A stretch of 58,884 nt of DNA, filler included, from Platydemus manokwari (GCA_037951405.1; 6 parts of 6 records of this genome joined end to end with filler, not necessarily neighbours in it), one strand, 5' to 3'. Shown: positions 1-14,440, counted from the whole stretch's first letter. Program-made: numbers and translations. The notes: generated by a model from the letters alone, not told the origin.

Positions 1-211
1 ATTCTTATTATTATACATAATAATTTTTATTATTACCATTATTGTTATCAATCAATAAATTTTCAGAAGGCTTTAGTCTCTAAAAAAGTCGTGATTATAA
101 ATATTTTAAGGAACCTTTTTCCCGCAATATGAGTACATATCATTATTAAAATTAAATTTCATATTTTAGTTATGGAGATCTATTCCACACAAAACATTCA
201 TAATGAATTAC

Positions 212-3200
212 TGGAATATTTTGATCTGGTCTTTATCACATCATAAGTAAATGGAGCACTTAAACCGCTGTTACCAACTGACCACAGAACGATTTTATAA
301 TACTGACCGCTCTCCAACGATTTGATGATATGCTCATAGATATAACTCGAATTTTTCGATTTGGCTGAAACACTTTCAACTTTCGCCGGCAGATTCCCAT
401 CGTTGTCAGAATTTTCCGAATTTCCTAATTTGATCACTTTGATTTTGAAACTACTGATCGTATCCTGATTATCCAATTCCTTCATCCAACGAATTGCGAT
501 CGATGTTGCACTGTAATTTCGAACGTCTAATCCTTTTGGAGTACTAGGAACTGAAATTAAAAATATCCAATATCATCATCATATTCAATCCAATCGCTGC
601 ACCTTTGTTTTCCGTACGGACATTCATCGTTGCCGCCACACCGACACCATGTATTGTTCTAGCAGCAAGACTGATGTGATACAGCGTATTTGACCACAGC
701 TCGACTAGTCGATAATCGGTGCGATCAGGCGTTATTTTCAACACTTCTTCTTTATTCGGTATATTGGGAAATTTCTTACCGCTAACGACACGGTATTTTA
801 AAATATAGTCCAACAAAACCAAAGTTCTCGGCATGTGTGGAGGGGTCCAAATCAAATTAATTGAAGTTGAAGTAATACCTGCTCCCCTAAAGTCATGAGG
901 TTGTGGAGGAACTGAAAGTGATATAAGAATGAAAATAATAATTATTATATCAGAACGTGAAGCGAAAAGTTTGGCATCGAAAATTTCACATCATCGCCAA
1001 CATGCATGATTGGAGAACATCAATCATTTTCCCAATGGTGACATGCCTCAAAATAAATAGATTTATGGTGTGATAATCTCTTTCTTTTTTATTTTTTTTA
1101 TTTATTTCATTCTTATAGATAAATAAATAAATATATATATATGCATACCAAATATATTCCACACCAATAAATGAACATGAACAACACTGATTAATATATC
1201 TAATAATCAAAGCAAAACAACACATTTTTGTTCGAGCTATAGCAAAATAAAATAAAAACGAAAATCGGTTTGCTTGGTTCAAAAAGTTTTACTCACATTT
1301 TTCAACACAATGCTATTGGTAGTGTTGAATTAATACAGGCATAACCACAGGGTCAACAACATCTAGATTCAGAGCAAGACTCTTACTACAATTACCTGAA
1401 GACTCTGGGATTCGACATGGGAAATAAATTCAAAAACATAAATTCAGGGATAAAGGATAAATACAACAAATATAATATTCAAAAAAATCAATAAAATAAA
1501 ATTTTATCATAACTTTATTTACTGAAAATTAGTAAGTAGATTAATATTTGTTATAATTGGTTGGTGAATTATTTCTGTTCTCGGTTAATATTCGTTATTC
1601 GTGAGTAATTCATTCAAATTATTGATCTAAGACTCATAAGAAGGGTTGATCTATACAGTAAATTAAGTTTTGTTTTTGTTATTCCTATTGGAAAAGAAAT
1701 GTAAACACAAGATATTTTGTGTCGAAAAAAGAACATGGGATTTGTTTTAGGAGTGTAGGATCAAAAATGTCAGAAATTTTCTCGACTGGCAGCAATTGAT
1801 TTTATGAATTCTTAGAAATGAAAACTTCGCTTGAAGGTTGATTGTCAATGCCTATTTAGCATCAATAAAACCGGTTCCTGTGGGACTGAATTGAGTATTT
1901 ATCAGGTATATTGAAGATCAATACTCTTTCCTTTGAATATCCATATGTGTTATTCTTTTTAATTTTATATTTTTTTGTTTTGATGAAAGAAATATTTGGA
2001 ATTATTTTCTTGGAATCTTAATAATGTTTTAGACTTCTTATTACATTTTTCGGTTTATTTGTAGTAGGATGATATTTAGAAAAATGACTTTAAAATCTTT
2101 ATTATTTCAGAATTTTAAAATACTCTACTTTGTTCGGTTTTGTAGCTACAGATGCAATGCATTGAGTTCTCTAATAAGGGACAATAAATGCGATTCCTAT
2201 GTGTTATTATTTGTGATTATTAGCCATAAAATAGATCGAATAAATAATTATTTCCCCCTACTTCGTTTCACAAAATATTTCTCTCTCCATCTTATGATAA
2301 TTAGGTATGAAAAGTAAAATTCCATTAATATAACATTATCGATGTTCTTTTCAAGTTATATAAACCTAACATTTCATTGCCCCTTTCCTTGATTCGTTAT
2401 TTCACTGTCTGCACATAGCAAGTAACGCATAAAAGACAAAAATACGATTTCAATGTGTACTGGGGTTTTTCAATGTCGTGATAAAACATAAAAATATATC
2501 GAAACATAGTTTTGTTAAAACGAGTTATTATTTTTGCATCTGAAAACCAGGACGTCCGTGGTGCTTTAAATTAATTTTGCGATTCTAAAAGAAATATGCT
2601 GAAAATACATATCACAATATGTAGGCATACAAGTGAGATGAATTCTATAATTCCATTTCGATTAAAATTAAGCGGATTAAATAATTGTACAAAACAGCTA
2701 TATCTGAGATGTATTGCTTCAAGCTGCCCAGTTCATTTTATTTTAAATTATTCGATTTTCATATCGAATTGGTCTCGATAATAATAATTATGACTGTTTT
2801 TACTTTATAAAATCATCAGAGATATGGACAATTTGATCGATCTTATATAATCTGGAAATGCCTTTCTTTCGTTGTTTGGTTCAGAATTTGGTGAACAAAT
2901 GTATAGGAGGCGGAGAAGTTGCATTATTTTTATTGGTTTTAGGCGGGATTTGTATGAATGATTAACTTGAGGCGACGCGTGCAATTTTGCAAATTGAGTG
3001 ATATTCGAGAGATGCGATGGAGAAATTGTTCTTTCGAAATATTAGAATTTTAAATAATAGGATAATTTTTTGATATGAAATTGTTTTTGTAAATTCTGTT
3101 TAGTCCACTCATTATAACAACGATAAATAACTTTGGCGACCACTAGAAAGCATCCATTATGAATATAAATTTTAATGACAATCTTTACTACTTTTGGATT

Positions 3201-5315
3201 GTTATTTTTCTTCTTTATTTTGGGATAACAAAATACTAATTTATCGATTTACATACATTAATATTATTTATCCGCAAATCGATATTCCTTTATGACTTAC
3301 CAAGTGTCTGGGATGTGAAAAACGAACTTTTGAAAAAAATCAAAAAATTGTAAATAAGATATTTTTAGAGTAATTCTAAAAGACAAAAATATTTTTTTTA
3401 ATTTAAATATAAAAATAAATATTTTATTCTGAAAATTTTTGTTTAAATGAATCTATTTAATTAAATGTACAATAGAAAAAATGTACAATGTAAAATAGGA
3501 AGAGAGCATTATGGGCAACATCAGCCAATCATTTATGGCTAATAACGTCTGTCGATATTTTTATTTTTCGGGGTACTGAGTCCCCATTGTGATTTTCAAT
3601 TTTCTTTCTTTGATCAACAGCAATTTTTGTAATATTTTAGTGTTGTGTAATGACGGTTTTAATGATCTTGTGTGAATTGCTTTTTGCCAATTGTATTATA
3701 TCGAGATTTCATTCTAAGAATGATCGTAACGATTGAAATCAAGATAGACTTATTCTAGATCTGTCAGATTGGAGTTGATCCAAGGGTTTGGTCAGAATCA
3801 ATAGATGAGAATATTTTAACATCAACAGACGTTTATCTGGTATGTTTTGAGGTTAATTTATTATTCCTAATCCCAAATCGTTGGTGAAGAATCAGCATCT
3901 CTTTAGATAAAGATGTATTTTAGGTGGTTCATCCCATAATTCATCAGTAATATGTGAAAGATGATTATCTTCTTTCTTAATACTCATCGTTTTTTTATCA
4001 TGAAATACAGATCCCTTTAAGAAGTTCATAAAGAATTCATTCTACAGCCTTACCAACAACTAGGAACAATCTTCACATTACTGCACAGGTGAAAATCTCT
4101 ATTTAAGTGAGTTTCAATCAAGATTTCGAGAAACTCAGCGGGAGACTGAGTAGTGTGTAAGACACTTGTGCTCAACTATTTTCCAGTTTGGCAAAAAAAT
4201 AAAACAATGACTGCATTTTCAATCTGTTTTCTGTACGACATGCAGGTTCTTCAAAAGAAATAAAGTAAAACATAAGAATTTGAATATTTTTAACATATTT
4301 ACTGGTATTATTTCTATGTAATTTTTAGACTAAAATGAGTACCATATGGTTCCTCTTATTTACTATTTTCAAACCAAAGAACCTACTGAAAATACACTGC
4401 TCTAACAAATCAAAATATGATGTAATTTTACGATTAGAACTTCTTTTCTTTTTTTGTTTATAGAGATTGTAATAACATTCAATTAAAACAAACTCGATCA
4501 ATAATGCATCTTTATGAACTTTAATAGTTCAATTCTGATGAAGGGCATTGCCTTTGTTTTTCGTCAAAAATCAATCGCTATTTGTTGTAAATATTATCAA
4601 CATCAGTAAAATCAAGACTCAACGTACTGATTGTCGATATTTGGCATGTAAGCTCAATTCCATTAATTCATTAATATTTCGTTGTCCTATCAACAAGATT
4701 ACAAACGATTATGGCTTTGAATTTATGACTTCATCCAACAAAATAAATCATTTATTTAAAATGGATTTATCTGTCATACATGTTTCGATTCTATGAAGGT
4801 GAAAAATTCCCAACTTGTTCGGGCAGATTAATCCAGCTTCTTTGTATGTTACGATATTTGTAATTACTGTAATCATCATCATTTTCATTATCCAAAAAAC
4901 ACTAGTATAATAAATCATCTCAATGTGTAATCGAATAATAAACAAATATATAAATATAAAATCACAGGGGTTGGATGGGAATCGAACGACAAAGGGAAAA
5001 TTCTAAACATTAAAAATCGTTAATTTTAAATAATTTATGATAAACTATTTATAATAATCAGTAGACTATTTTTACAAAAATAAAAATCAAAGTGTTTCTA
5101 GTGGATGGATTTAAATTTTTACCTCCAGGCCTAACAATGATAGGAAAAGGGTCACTAACGGGTCCAGGACCAGCTTTATTAACAGCATTGACTTTGATAT
5201 GATATGTTTGATTGGTGAGGAGATCTCTAATATTTACATAATTCCGAGTGGTTTCTGATTTCTGCCATTGATTGATGGGATGTCGTAAGCTTCTTGAATA
5301 ATAGACATTGTATCC
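212..5315 (-). CDS. lar: LAR-family (PTPRF/D/S-like) receptor tyrosine phosphatase, internal FN3-repeat exons (partial gene)
   Basis: AG/GT-bounded exons 5315-5123 (GYNVYYSRSLRHPINQWQKSETTRNYVNIRDLLTNQTYHIKVNAVNKAGPGPVSDPFPIIVRPG), 911-603 (LPQPHDFRGAGITSTSINLIWTPP...LYHISLAARTIHGVG) and 550-212 (PSTPKGLDVRNYSATSIAIRW...YYKIVLWSVGNSGLS) splice in frame with phase-1 junctions. Order and motifs follow LAR FN3 repeats (GYRVYY..NW..TYSVKVLAFTSIGDGPLS..GVPGQP..F..SILLSW). Confidence 0.75.
3550..4250 (-). mobile_element. highly decayed Penelope-like retroelement fragment (GIY-YIG C-terminus)
   Basis: Minus-strand translation KAIHTRSLKPSL resembles the EAIHIR.LKPSL terminus of Penelope endonucleases. 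Many stops. Faintly similar blocks near 1700-1900 and 19900-20050. Confidence 0.3.
4550..4940 (-). mobile_element. decayed Gypsy-like RT fragment
   Basis: Frameshifted DD-like segment followed by YKEAGLICPNK, resembling L.EAGL.LNP.KC downstream of YxDD. Confidence 0.3.
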
Positions 5316-6595
5316 CTGGAAATTAAAGGAAATGTTTATGAGCGATTTTTATCACCGTCTTCAAATAGTCATTATGGATTATTTTATGTTTATATTTACG
5401 GAATATGATTTTATAACACGTGCTCGTGGAGAGATTTATTATTGTCGATCCTAATCTGGATAATGGAAAGAAACAAAATAAATAATAATTATCATCAATT
5501 ATCTGTATATATTATCATTATTTAATAGATAAAACAACATAAAGGAATAAAAATTTGCATCATACTCTTCAATATCACCAAATCAGATAAAATATTAAGG
5601 ATTAGAATTAAATTTTTAATTCTAAATTAATTCTCTTTTCAGTTCGTTTTTAATGTATGGTTTTTAAAATAGCGGCTGACATGGCGACTACGTATCTGGA
5701 TCCGATTCTGAAAATACCAACGACTGAAAATTATAGAAAAGAAGGTGCAAGATGCTGATTAATAACATATGACAATTCACGTGATTCAAACCCTAAACTA
5801 AAAGTGATAACCTCTGAATTTACTATTGTGTTTATCGTTAAACTTATTTTGGTCACGTGATCCAAATAAATATGACGGATTATTTATTGAATCCACCATA
5901 TATGCACAATTATAAGTTCTGTATGGCGCTATTATTTTATATAAAGCCCTCACTGAAAACGAATTGAAAAATCATGACAAAAAATTGTATTGGACTACAT
6001 TTATATAAATAAATTAATATATGAAACCAGGTTATAAAATCTTTTAAATTTATTTACTAAAAATTATCAAAATCATTATAAAATCCTCACTATTTATCAC
6101 ACCTCGTTTCGTATATCACACTGTCAAATATTCCGTTAAAATCAAACTTGTTTCTCCAATACAAAAACCGGGTTGTTAAAACAAAAAATGCGAAAGAATT
6201 AAATATCGATAAATCTTTCCAACAACTGAACTTCTTTTGTTGATATATTCTGTTTCGAAATATTAAAATCTCCATTAATTCCTCTCCTGCAGACAGTTAA
6301 GTGTCCACAAACTAGAAATCCCTCGAAATAAAATCCGTACTCCAATACAAGTGGCTTTTAAAGCAAAACTTTGTGTCAAGAAAAATTAAATTTATATTAT
6401 AAAGCAAAAATGCCGGTTGCTGCAATATCAGCATTGAAATTACTTTCATTTATTATCTGTAATCGATATTCTTGTGTCTTTACTTTTAAAATATAATAAA
6501 AAAAAACAAAAAAAATTTAGAGACAAAGGAAATTATAAATAATAAAATTTGAATAATTAAACCAATTATTTTACTTATTGACTTCAAATGTATTA

Positions 6596-6740
6596 ATTTT
6601 TTTATTTATTTTAATTAATTATTGATTTATTGATTTATTGATTTATTGATTTATTTTATTTTATTTTATTTTATTTTATTTATTTCATTGATTTATTGAT
6701 TATTATATTTATTTATTTAATCCACTTATTTATTTATTAT
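6596..6740. repeat. (ATTGATTT)n/(ATTTT)n low-complexity microsatellite
   Basis: Directly visible tandem units attgattt and atttt. Confidence 0.8.
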
Positions 6741-9389
6741 TATATCGTGTTTTATTCGTTACAAATGGCAACCTAGCTTCTAGCTTGCCTAACATAAATA
6801 AATTTATTCAATAAACGCATAATTATTTATCCACTGGATTTCATTTTTGGGAATCGATGATCAAGCTTAATTTATCATTATGAAAAAAAATGATAATAAA
6901 AAACTTATGATTATCGTTAATTTCAAATTAAAAAACCGGAAAACACCATTGAAAACGATCAATGGTTTTCCTCTAGATTTTTAGGATAATAAAATCCATC
7001 ATGAGACATAGAAAACAGTAAGACTTTCTAACTAGGAAAAGCAATGAGGAAATTAGATTGATGACAATTTCTTATTCGAATTATGGATGCAAAAAATATT
7101 CCATTGATAGTTAATAAGAAACCAGAATAGCAACACATCATGGAAAATCTTTGTTTTAATTGGTGAATACTTGTATTGATATATTTACCAGGTTTGTTTA
7201 TTATAAAACGGATCACTTAATTTCGATATATGTTGACTAAGATATAAAAATTACTGACATTCTTGATCAAATCCTGTTAGACTCTGACGATAATGTCTGT
7301 GGTCACGGGATCCACTTATAAACATCGGTATTCATTCATGATGGATTCTAAGGAATTACACAATCGATTTATTGTTAGACAATCTTTCAGAATCGAAAAT
7401 AACTTTTATCAGCGAGCCCTCTATAGATTTGATTTTAATTTAGGAATTACCACAAATAATTTGATGGATTTTTCTGTGGTTATTTATTAATTTATTCGTT
7501 TCACTTTCATTTATATCCCAAACAACATTCAAAGCCACAAAATCATAAATTTTTTGTGTTTGAACTTAGAATACATAATGAAACAAAATAAATAAAACTA
7601 AAAATATTGGGAAATTATTAATAATGTTGGATGGTGAGTGAACTTCGCTGATAAGCAAACCTGCATCGAGTGAGCATGTTGGTTGGATGTGGATTATGTT
7701 TGAATGCATAAAGATATCATTTTTATATTTGTACTCTCAATACAATTAACCGAGATTTAGCTCTCGTTAGAACGGTTATTAGCATTATTTTTTTAACCTA
7801 TTTATCAAGATAAGTTTGTTTAAACTTATTGCAATTTATTTGTTTTAATGTATCAAGGTTTATTAAATTTCATCCATCATTAAATATTTGTTTTATCTTA
7901 TTAATTTACTTTTTTATTCGTTATCATTTCTTTGTTTTAATGTGCTGATATTTATTTTCTCAATTATTAAAATTAGTTTTTCTTTACAATTTATTTATGT
8001 CATTATATCTTCATTTGTTTTATTAATTAGATCTGGATTCATGTTTATTGGATATTTATGACAATGTGTGTGCTTTGATGGGAGTTTAAGGCAAGTAAAG
8101 TCATTGGTAATTTTAAAAAATAACACAAAAAAGAGAATGATATTCTTTAAACATTTTATGAAAGTCACGTGGCAGTGTGGTTGAAGGGTTTAAAAATAGA
8201 ATATAATATCATTAGTAGAACTAGCAGAACCAGCTTAGAATTTTAAATGGGATGGAAATTAAATTAAAATCGAGTCGCATCATATGATACTTCACGGTAT
8301 AATTTAAAGGAATAACAGTCACCTTAAATATCTGTTAACAATAGAATAATATATACATGGGTGTGTGAGTGTGTGTGTGCTTTTGAAGGTAGAAAAGTTA
8401 ACAAAACAATTCTTATTTATGAAAACTACGACACATTCTTATTATTCGAAATACTGCGAGGTGATAATTGTTTGCCGTAAAGAAAATCCTTGAATTTTAT
8501 AATTTATCATTTGATCGGTATATCGAAAAACAAATCATTGAAAAAAATGTTTTGCAAAGAAAAAATAATTAACTCTCGAAACGAACTCAAAATAATCAGC
8601 AGGGAAAAATTATTTTTGTTTAACTGAATCAGTAAGAAAATTATTCGCGGTTAATTCGATTAATTCCTGATCAAAATTTGATGATATTTGTCGACGAATC
8701 TGTGTTGAGTTGAGATATTTTTGTTGATTAAAAGTATATTTTTTCCAAAGAATTCTTGTTTCCGAGGGAATAATTTTAGAAATGATTTTAAATGTGAATA
8801 TTCGATAAATGGGGTATTAAAAAAAGGTAAATGTGAAAGAATAATAACTAATAAATTACTTATTTATACATAAAAATGATATCCAGAATTGATTCTCATT
8901 CCTTATCAAGAGAATCAATTATTATTACTATAGGGTCATGTAAAAATGGTTCTTTTGATTTACTTCTGATGGATTTTTGGGTATAAATTAATTAAATTAA
9001 TTTTTTTATTTAAATTTAAGTGGTTTTTACCAGAATTTTTATATTTTATGTTTAGATTAAAATAACTCAATTTCTTGGAATGATGAAGTATTATATATGG
9101 TTAACAGGTCCCATGTTGATAACCAAAGTTTTCAAGACAGCTAGAGGAATAAATTGGCAGTTATAAATAATTAAATGATTGATTCGGTAGCTCATATCTT
9201 CGATCAAATATAAAGTGACATATAAAATCTTAATTCTATTTTTATCTTGTAATTTTTATGAGGATTGACTTATTCGTAAAGGTCATTTGATAGCACACTT
9301 CTTCGAATGTCGAATAGAAACAAGATTAATTTCAATTCTAATGTCAATACATTATATATGTATTGGAGCGTATAATTCACTTTCAATCT

Positions 9390-9720
9390 GATAGTTCTCG
9401 CCAATTTTCAATATCTATCAGTTGACCTACTTTGACATATTTTTGAAAAATTTAATTTTTAAGAGATTTTAAAGGTTTAGTTTATTTAATATTTGATTTC
9501 TAACAAAACTATATTGCTTTTACATATCTGAATAAAAAGTTAAAAATGTTTTACTGAATATGATTATATTAAATATATAGTTTGTTGTTATAATATCCAT
9601 AAATTTAAAATTCTATTAGGTGTATTAGTATGATTCCGGCTTTTTTTTAAAAAATAAAAACATTTTTTAAAATATTTATTTAATGAAATTCAATCAAAAT
9701 ATTTTCCATTTGCAGATATG
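9390..9720 (-). repeat. interspersed AT-rich repeat family A, inverted copy
   Basis: Reverse complement matches the aagtaggtcaa..ttgaaaatt.gcgag and aaatcaaatattaaata blocks of the copies at 20.7, 21.5 and 25.2 kb. Confidence 0.6.
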
Positions 9721-9732
9721 ACATTGGCCCAT

Positions 9733-9832
9733 NNNNNNNNNNNNNNNNNNNNNNNNNNNNNNNNNNNNNNNNNNNNTTAATTAATTAANNNNNNNNNNNN
9801 NNNNNNNNNNNNNNNNNNNNNNNNNNNNNNNN
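9733..9832. other. artificial contig linker N44-TTAATTAATTAA-N44
   Basis: Identical 100-bp spacer with six-frame stop cassette recurs five times. Confidence 0.98.
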
Positions 9833-10149
9833 ATTTATTTTTAATATAATTTTTTAAAAATATCTTTTAACTCAAATTATATATATTTTAATTATTTATA
9901 GTATTTTTAAATAAACCTCACAATACCAATTGATTATCGAGTTATAAATATGGATTAATATATAGGTAGAATGTGATTGGCTATTGCCACGTGCACTTGT
10001 CGAATCAGTGTGTATAAAATCTCTGCGGGTTATTTTCCACGGTTTCGATTTTTTCACCTATCCAATAAATGTACTAATTCAGTCTTTGAAAAAGGTTTCA
10101 ACCTCGAATAATGCGACTCAGCCTTGCTTAAAGCAGGAGACTATTCAAC

Positions 10150-11190
10150 TAATTTGATAACTGAAGGTATCATACAATTATCACTTTCAAATAATAATTT
10201 TTTAAAAAGTTTTATTACTGGTTGTCATCCTGGAGAATCTCATTTAAAAATCATGAACCCATTTAATAAAAGTAATCCAGTCCATAATTTTACTACATGA
10301 ACATTTTAAAAATAAGAAGAAATTTTAAATAATTATAATACAATTCTAGAATTAAATGATTCATCTGGAACCAGACTATTCCTCCAATTCCAAAAGATAA
10401 ACATAGACAAATGAATAAGATTGATGAAATCATAATGCAGCATGATGTTAATTTACAAGATTTACAAGATAGAAATTTTGCAGATTCAAAAATGATACAG
10501 AATATGTCTTACGTTTAGAGAAAAAATAGAAAGAATTGGGCAGTGCATGTAACACGCGAGAAAAGCTAAAGATCTAGTTATTAAAAATATTTGAAAACAC
10601 AGAAGAAAAAGTTAAAAAAGTAATTATAGAAAGTTATATGGTAAAAACCTATTATCTCAAGATTTACTCAATGTTTATAAGGTTAATAAGAAATTTTTGA
10701 AGGTAGAAATATTTGGAAATTTTGTGAATATGAAATAATTTTATAACATGCAGAAAATGATGGTGAATCTGTGTGTGTTCAAAGATTTATTAGAACTTTA
10801 AAGAAAGATGAGGAGACATTTTACAGCTAAAGGAAATCAAAAAAAGGATAATGATTCATCACAAAGCATAGGTAATAAATATTATAAAAAATTCATTGAA
10901 GTATTGGGACTAGTACTGCAGAACTTAAAAAAATTCAGAAATTATTAAAGAAAAAGTTGATAATCAAAATCATGAAAATGAAATCTTAAATGAAAAATTA
11001 AAATTTAAAGTTTTAAATAGAGTAAGAATAATAAATGTAAAAATAAATTTAACAAAGGTCATACTGCTAATTTTACAAAAGAAATATATATTATTTAAGA
11101 AGTTTGTAAAACAAAATCTATAACTTTTAAATTAATTGATTTAAAATATGAAAAATTATGGGGGAGATTTTATAGTAATGAACTTCATTA
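10150..11190 (+). mobile_element. decayed Polinton/Maverick (adintovirus-like) segment: PLA2-like ORF plus retroviral-type integrase
   Basis: 10381-10535 gives MNKIDEIIMQHDVNLQDLQDRNFADSKMIQ..TFREKIER (PLA2-like D..C/M..HD..Y..DR..AD motif). 10770-11190 gives CVQRFIRTLK..HFTAKGN..KFKVLNRVRI..FNKGHTANFTKEIY..TFKLIDL..GRFYSNEL (Polinton integrase ERFNRTLK...KFKVGD.VRI...KGYT.NW..EIF...G.FY..EL). Many stops and frameshifts. Confidence 0.75.
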
Positions 11191-12275
11191 AAATAAATTT
11201 TTGAAGATGAAAAGTAAAAGTTTCTTAATTTCTTTGGTTCAAGGCATATCACCGTTGAGATGAGAATTTATACCTGAGACCAGGAAGAAGGGAGCGGCAC
11301 TCATGAAAACAAAAAATGGATTTCCAGTGTAATCTATATCTAAGACATTTTATTATTATGTTTGTACTTTTAATTAATAAAAAATAAATAAATTTTTATT
11401 TAAAAACTAATATTGGAATTAACTTTAGGTTGATAAATGTTGAAATATTTTTAAAATAAGTTTTTTTTAATATTTATTAATTATATTTTTACACCAGAAT
11501 TGGGAATTGAATTGATAAACATGGCAATCTATTTCCAAACAACCATAATTTTCATATAAAATTTGTTAGTCGATTTATTATCACTGCATAAATTATATTT
11601 TGATTAATGGTTTATATCATCTGAAATTCCTCATAAATTTGATATTATTTTTAAATTATAGCTTTAGATCTTCTTCAATTTTTATCCGAGGAAACATTTC
11701 AGTATTCATAATGATATTTTCAATATTTATATTAGGAATTGGATTTTCAAAAATTACTTTTTTAAAATTTAATTTTTGGTGAATCATTTCTTCCAGTAAA
11801 AATTGTTACAGAGTCAAAATTTTTTTGAATATTTATTGTTAATTCATTCATCACGGTAAATGATTTCGGCCTAATGGCAAGTCAGAGGTAAATCAAGTTA
11901 AATGACAGTGGATAGGAATCCATTGGTAGACAATTATGGAATAGTGAATTCTAAATACTACCAGATACTGAACAGTAGAGTGGCCTAAAAATCGACAATT
12001 AATTGATTAACTCTGTTTTTAACAGAGCAAAATTTTACACCACTTATATATTATGTTTTGGCAGGTCATCTTCTTTATAATTTCAATATATTCCACTTTT
12101 TGAGCTCAATTTTGTAATACACCGTCGTCATTTATGATAATACCAGTTATGCAATATTATAACAGTTTATCTGACCTATTAATCTGTTATGTAAATTTGA
12201 AGTAAAATTTCAAATTTATTTATGATTGAAACATTATAATTTTAGTATGATTTGCCTTCATTAATACGATTAAAT

Positions 12276-12511
12276 GTGCCCTTGATTATGAAAGTGGTAT
12301 AAGTCATATATTTCTTTTTTGGAGATATTATGGGATTTGCATGTTAAAGAATTAAAAAATATTTGAGTATTATGGAATGAAATATTTTGACAATTAATTA
12401 CTGCCGGTAAATCAGCATTTAATATGATTGTGAAATTTATTACCATTTTTAAATGGAAATTTGGTTTTGAAAGGTTGAAATGACTTATACCACTTTCATA
12501 ATCAAGGGCTC
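12276..12511. mobile_element. MITE with 31-bp TIRs and 4-bp AAAT TSD (Sola1-like)
   Basis: GTGCCCTTGATTATGAAAGTGGTATAAGTCA ... TGACTTATACCACTTTCATAATCAAGGGCTC, flanked by AAAT at 12272-12275 and 12512-12515 (AWWT target typical of Sola1). Confidence 0.85.
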
Positions 12512-13399
12512 AAATATATTCTTCCTTTCTGTCATTCATTATAAATACTCTATATTTTATTTCTTCTAATATAATAATCGTAGAAATCTTTGCTTTTGGA
12601 ATTAATTTTTAAGGAGATTTCCAAATATAATTAATTAATATGAGAAAAAGAAATTGCAATTCCTCAAAGGGTTAATTCATCTCATTGTAAACTAATGATT
12701 GAGATACGATTTAAGATTTTTATTGAAAGAAATGTTACAAATATCAAATGGAATTTTTAAATAAATCAATCATCTTGGCTATGATTCATTTCGATTAGTC
12801 ATTTTGAGCCATGAAATGATTTGAATCGCTAATACCAGATCAGTAGGTATTTGCATTCATAATTACATAATATAACCATCGCACCGACAAATCATATACA
12901 TTCTTTAACTACCACATGCCAATTAATCTCTCCGGGTACATTGTTACTAGTAAAAGAAAAATTATGTATAGCATAATGACGTTTCTTTACTATGTTCTAA
13001 TCATTACAAGTGATTTTCCAGTTCATCATTTAAAATGATGTCGACATTTTAATTTTCTTTTACTTTTAATTTGATATATTTTTTCACAGAATAAATTTAT
13101 AATAAATTTTATAATTCACATTTTGTTAAAAATTTAAAAGATAATTTCACACAAATTTATCTTTTGTTACTTGTTGAGTTTAGAAGAAATGAAATAATTT
13201 GATACGAATTTGATTGTTTTATTCTTCATCACGAATTATCTCACTATTCGTTTAAATTAATTTCCAAAATTTATAAAACGGCACAATTAATGTATTATTC
13301 GATTTCTAATTTTATTACTTATTAATTAAAAAGGGATTCCGGATATATATTCGATGGATTGACCATTCTGTTAAAGCTGTTATTGATAGTGAACATTCA

Positions 13400-14050
13400 A
13401 GAAATTGATAAAGAATTTTTAAACAAACTAAATTAAACGATAAAGAATCTTGTATATAAAATCATACCAAAGTGATTTCTTGTTATCAACAATCAACATT
13501 TAAAATCAACTGAAGGTCGAATTGATTGTTGACGTAATGATCGATGAAAATCCTAATCATTTCATTATAATTATTATTTCAAATAAAACAAAAGCTATTT
13601 TCTATTATGATTTACATTCCAAAAATGATCTATGACCATCGATATAACACTTTCCAAATCTTTCATCAGATTTTTGAACTTGAAGAATCAGCAGTAATAT
13701 AATTGCTATTCACTAACAGACAATTTTTAAAGTACACATAATAAATATTTGATTTCTCTGATTCAGAAACATATGGATTGTATGGCTGACTATTAAATTA
13801 TTAAACATCTTCTAAAGCCAAAAACTTGATTGATTAAAAATTCTATATCTCAAATTGATTTGATCCTTAACAAACATTTCATTTGAGCTTTATTGTACAG
13901 TTTGTCAGAAATGTAAATTAAACGAAGCTGCAAAATTAGGGGGTAGATTGTATTGTTGAGAAACACGCAGTTCTTCAAAATTTATAATCGAAAACCAGAT
14001 CGGTACAAAATATATCTACAAAATTCTTACTCAATTAACATAAATTATTT
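13400..14050 (-). mobile_element. decayed non-LTR (LINE) RT fragment
   Basis: Minus-strand FLINQVFGFRR (QFGFR motif) with a degenerate LLD.QKAFD.VW-like segment downstream. Many stops. Confidence 0.35.
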
Positions 14051-14440
14051 GAAGCTCATATTCTTTTCCCATAGTAATTCAATCATAACAGTCTTAAATA
14101 ACTGATAAATATCGAGTTTTCTAATTATAAACTAAAATTATGTTATTAATTTATAATTTTATAAACATGTTGAATGTAAATATTTATTACAGCACTGTTT
14201 TAGAGGTTCTATGTATGTTTATTATAATTTCTTCTCTCTATTTGGCGCATGCTGAAGATTTGTCCTAGTAATCCAAATTTCATTAACAAATTAATTTATA
14301 ATTATTTAAAATTATAAATTCACTTAATACTTCGGTATCAATAATTTTACGATTCCTATCGATGAAAAAGAGTTCAATAATCAATTGTTATTTAAAGAAC
14401 CTACAACGGAATCAAACAAACATAAAGCAAAATACACACA

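Noticed and set aside
198-211. Stop at 198 implying a secreted, truncated LAR
   Set aside because: A phase-1 donor (CCA|GTAATT) at 211 fits the FN3 exon pattern, so the stop is most likely intronic.
1290-1400. Candidate extra LAR exon bounded by AG/GT-like sites
   Set aside because: Stops in the frames examined, and exon 5315-5123 already joins exon 911-603 in frame.
9777-9788. Recurrent palindrome TTAATTAATTAA as a biological site
   Set aside because: Always centred in N runs; it is an assembly spacer giving stops in six frames.
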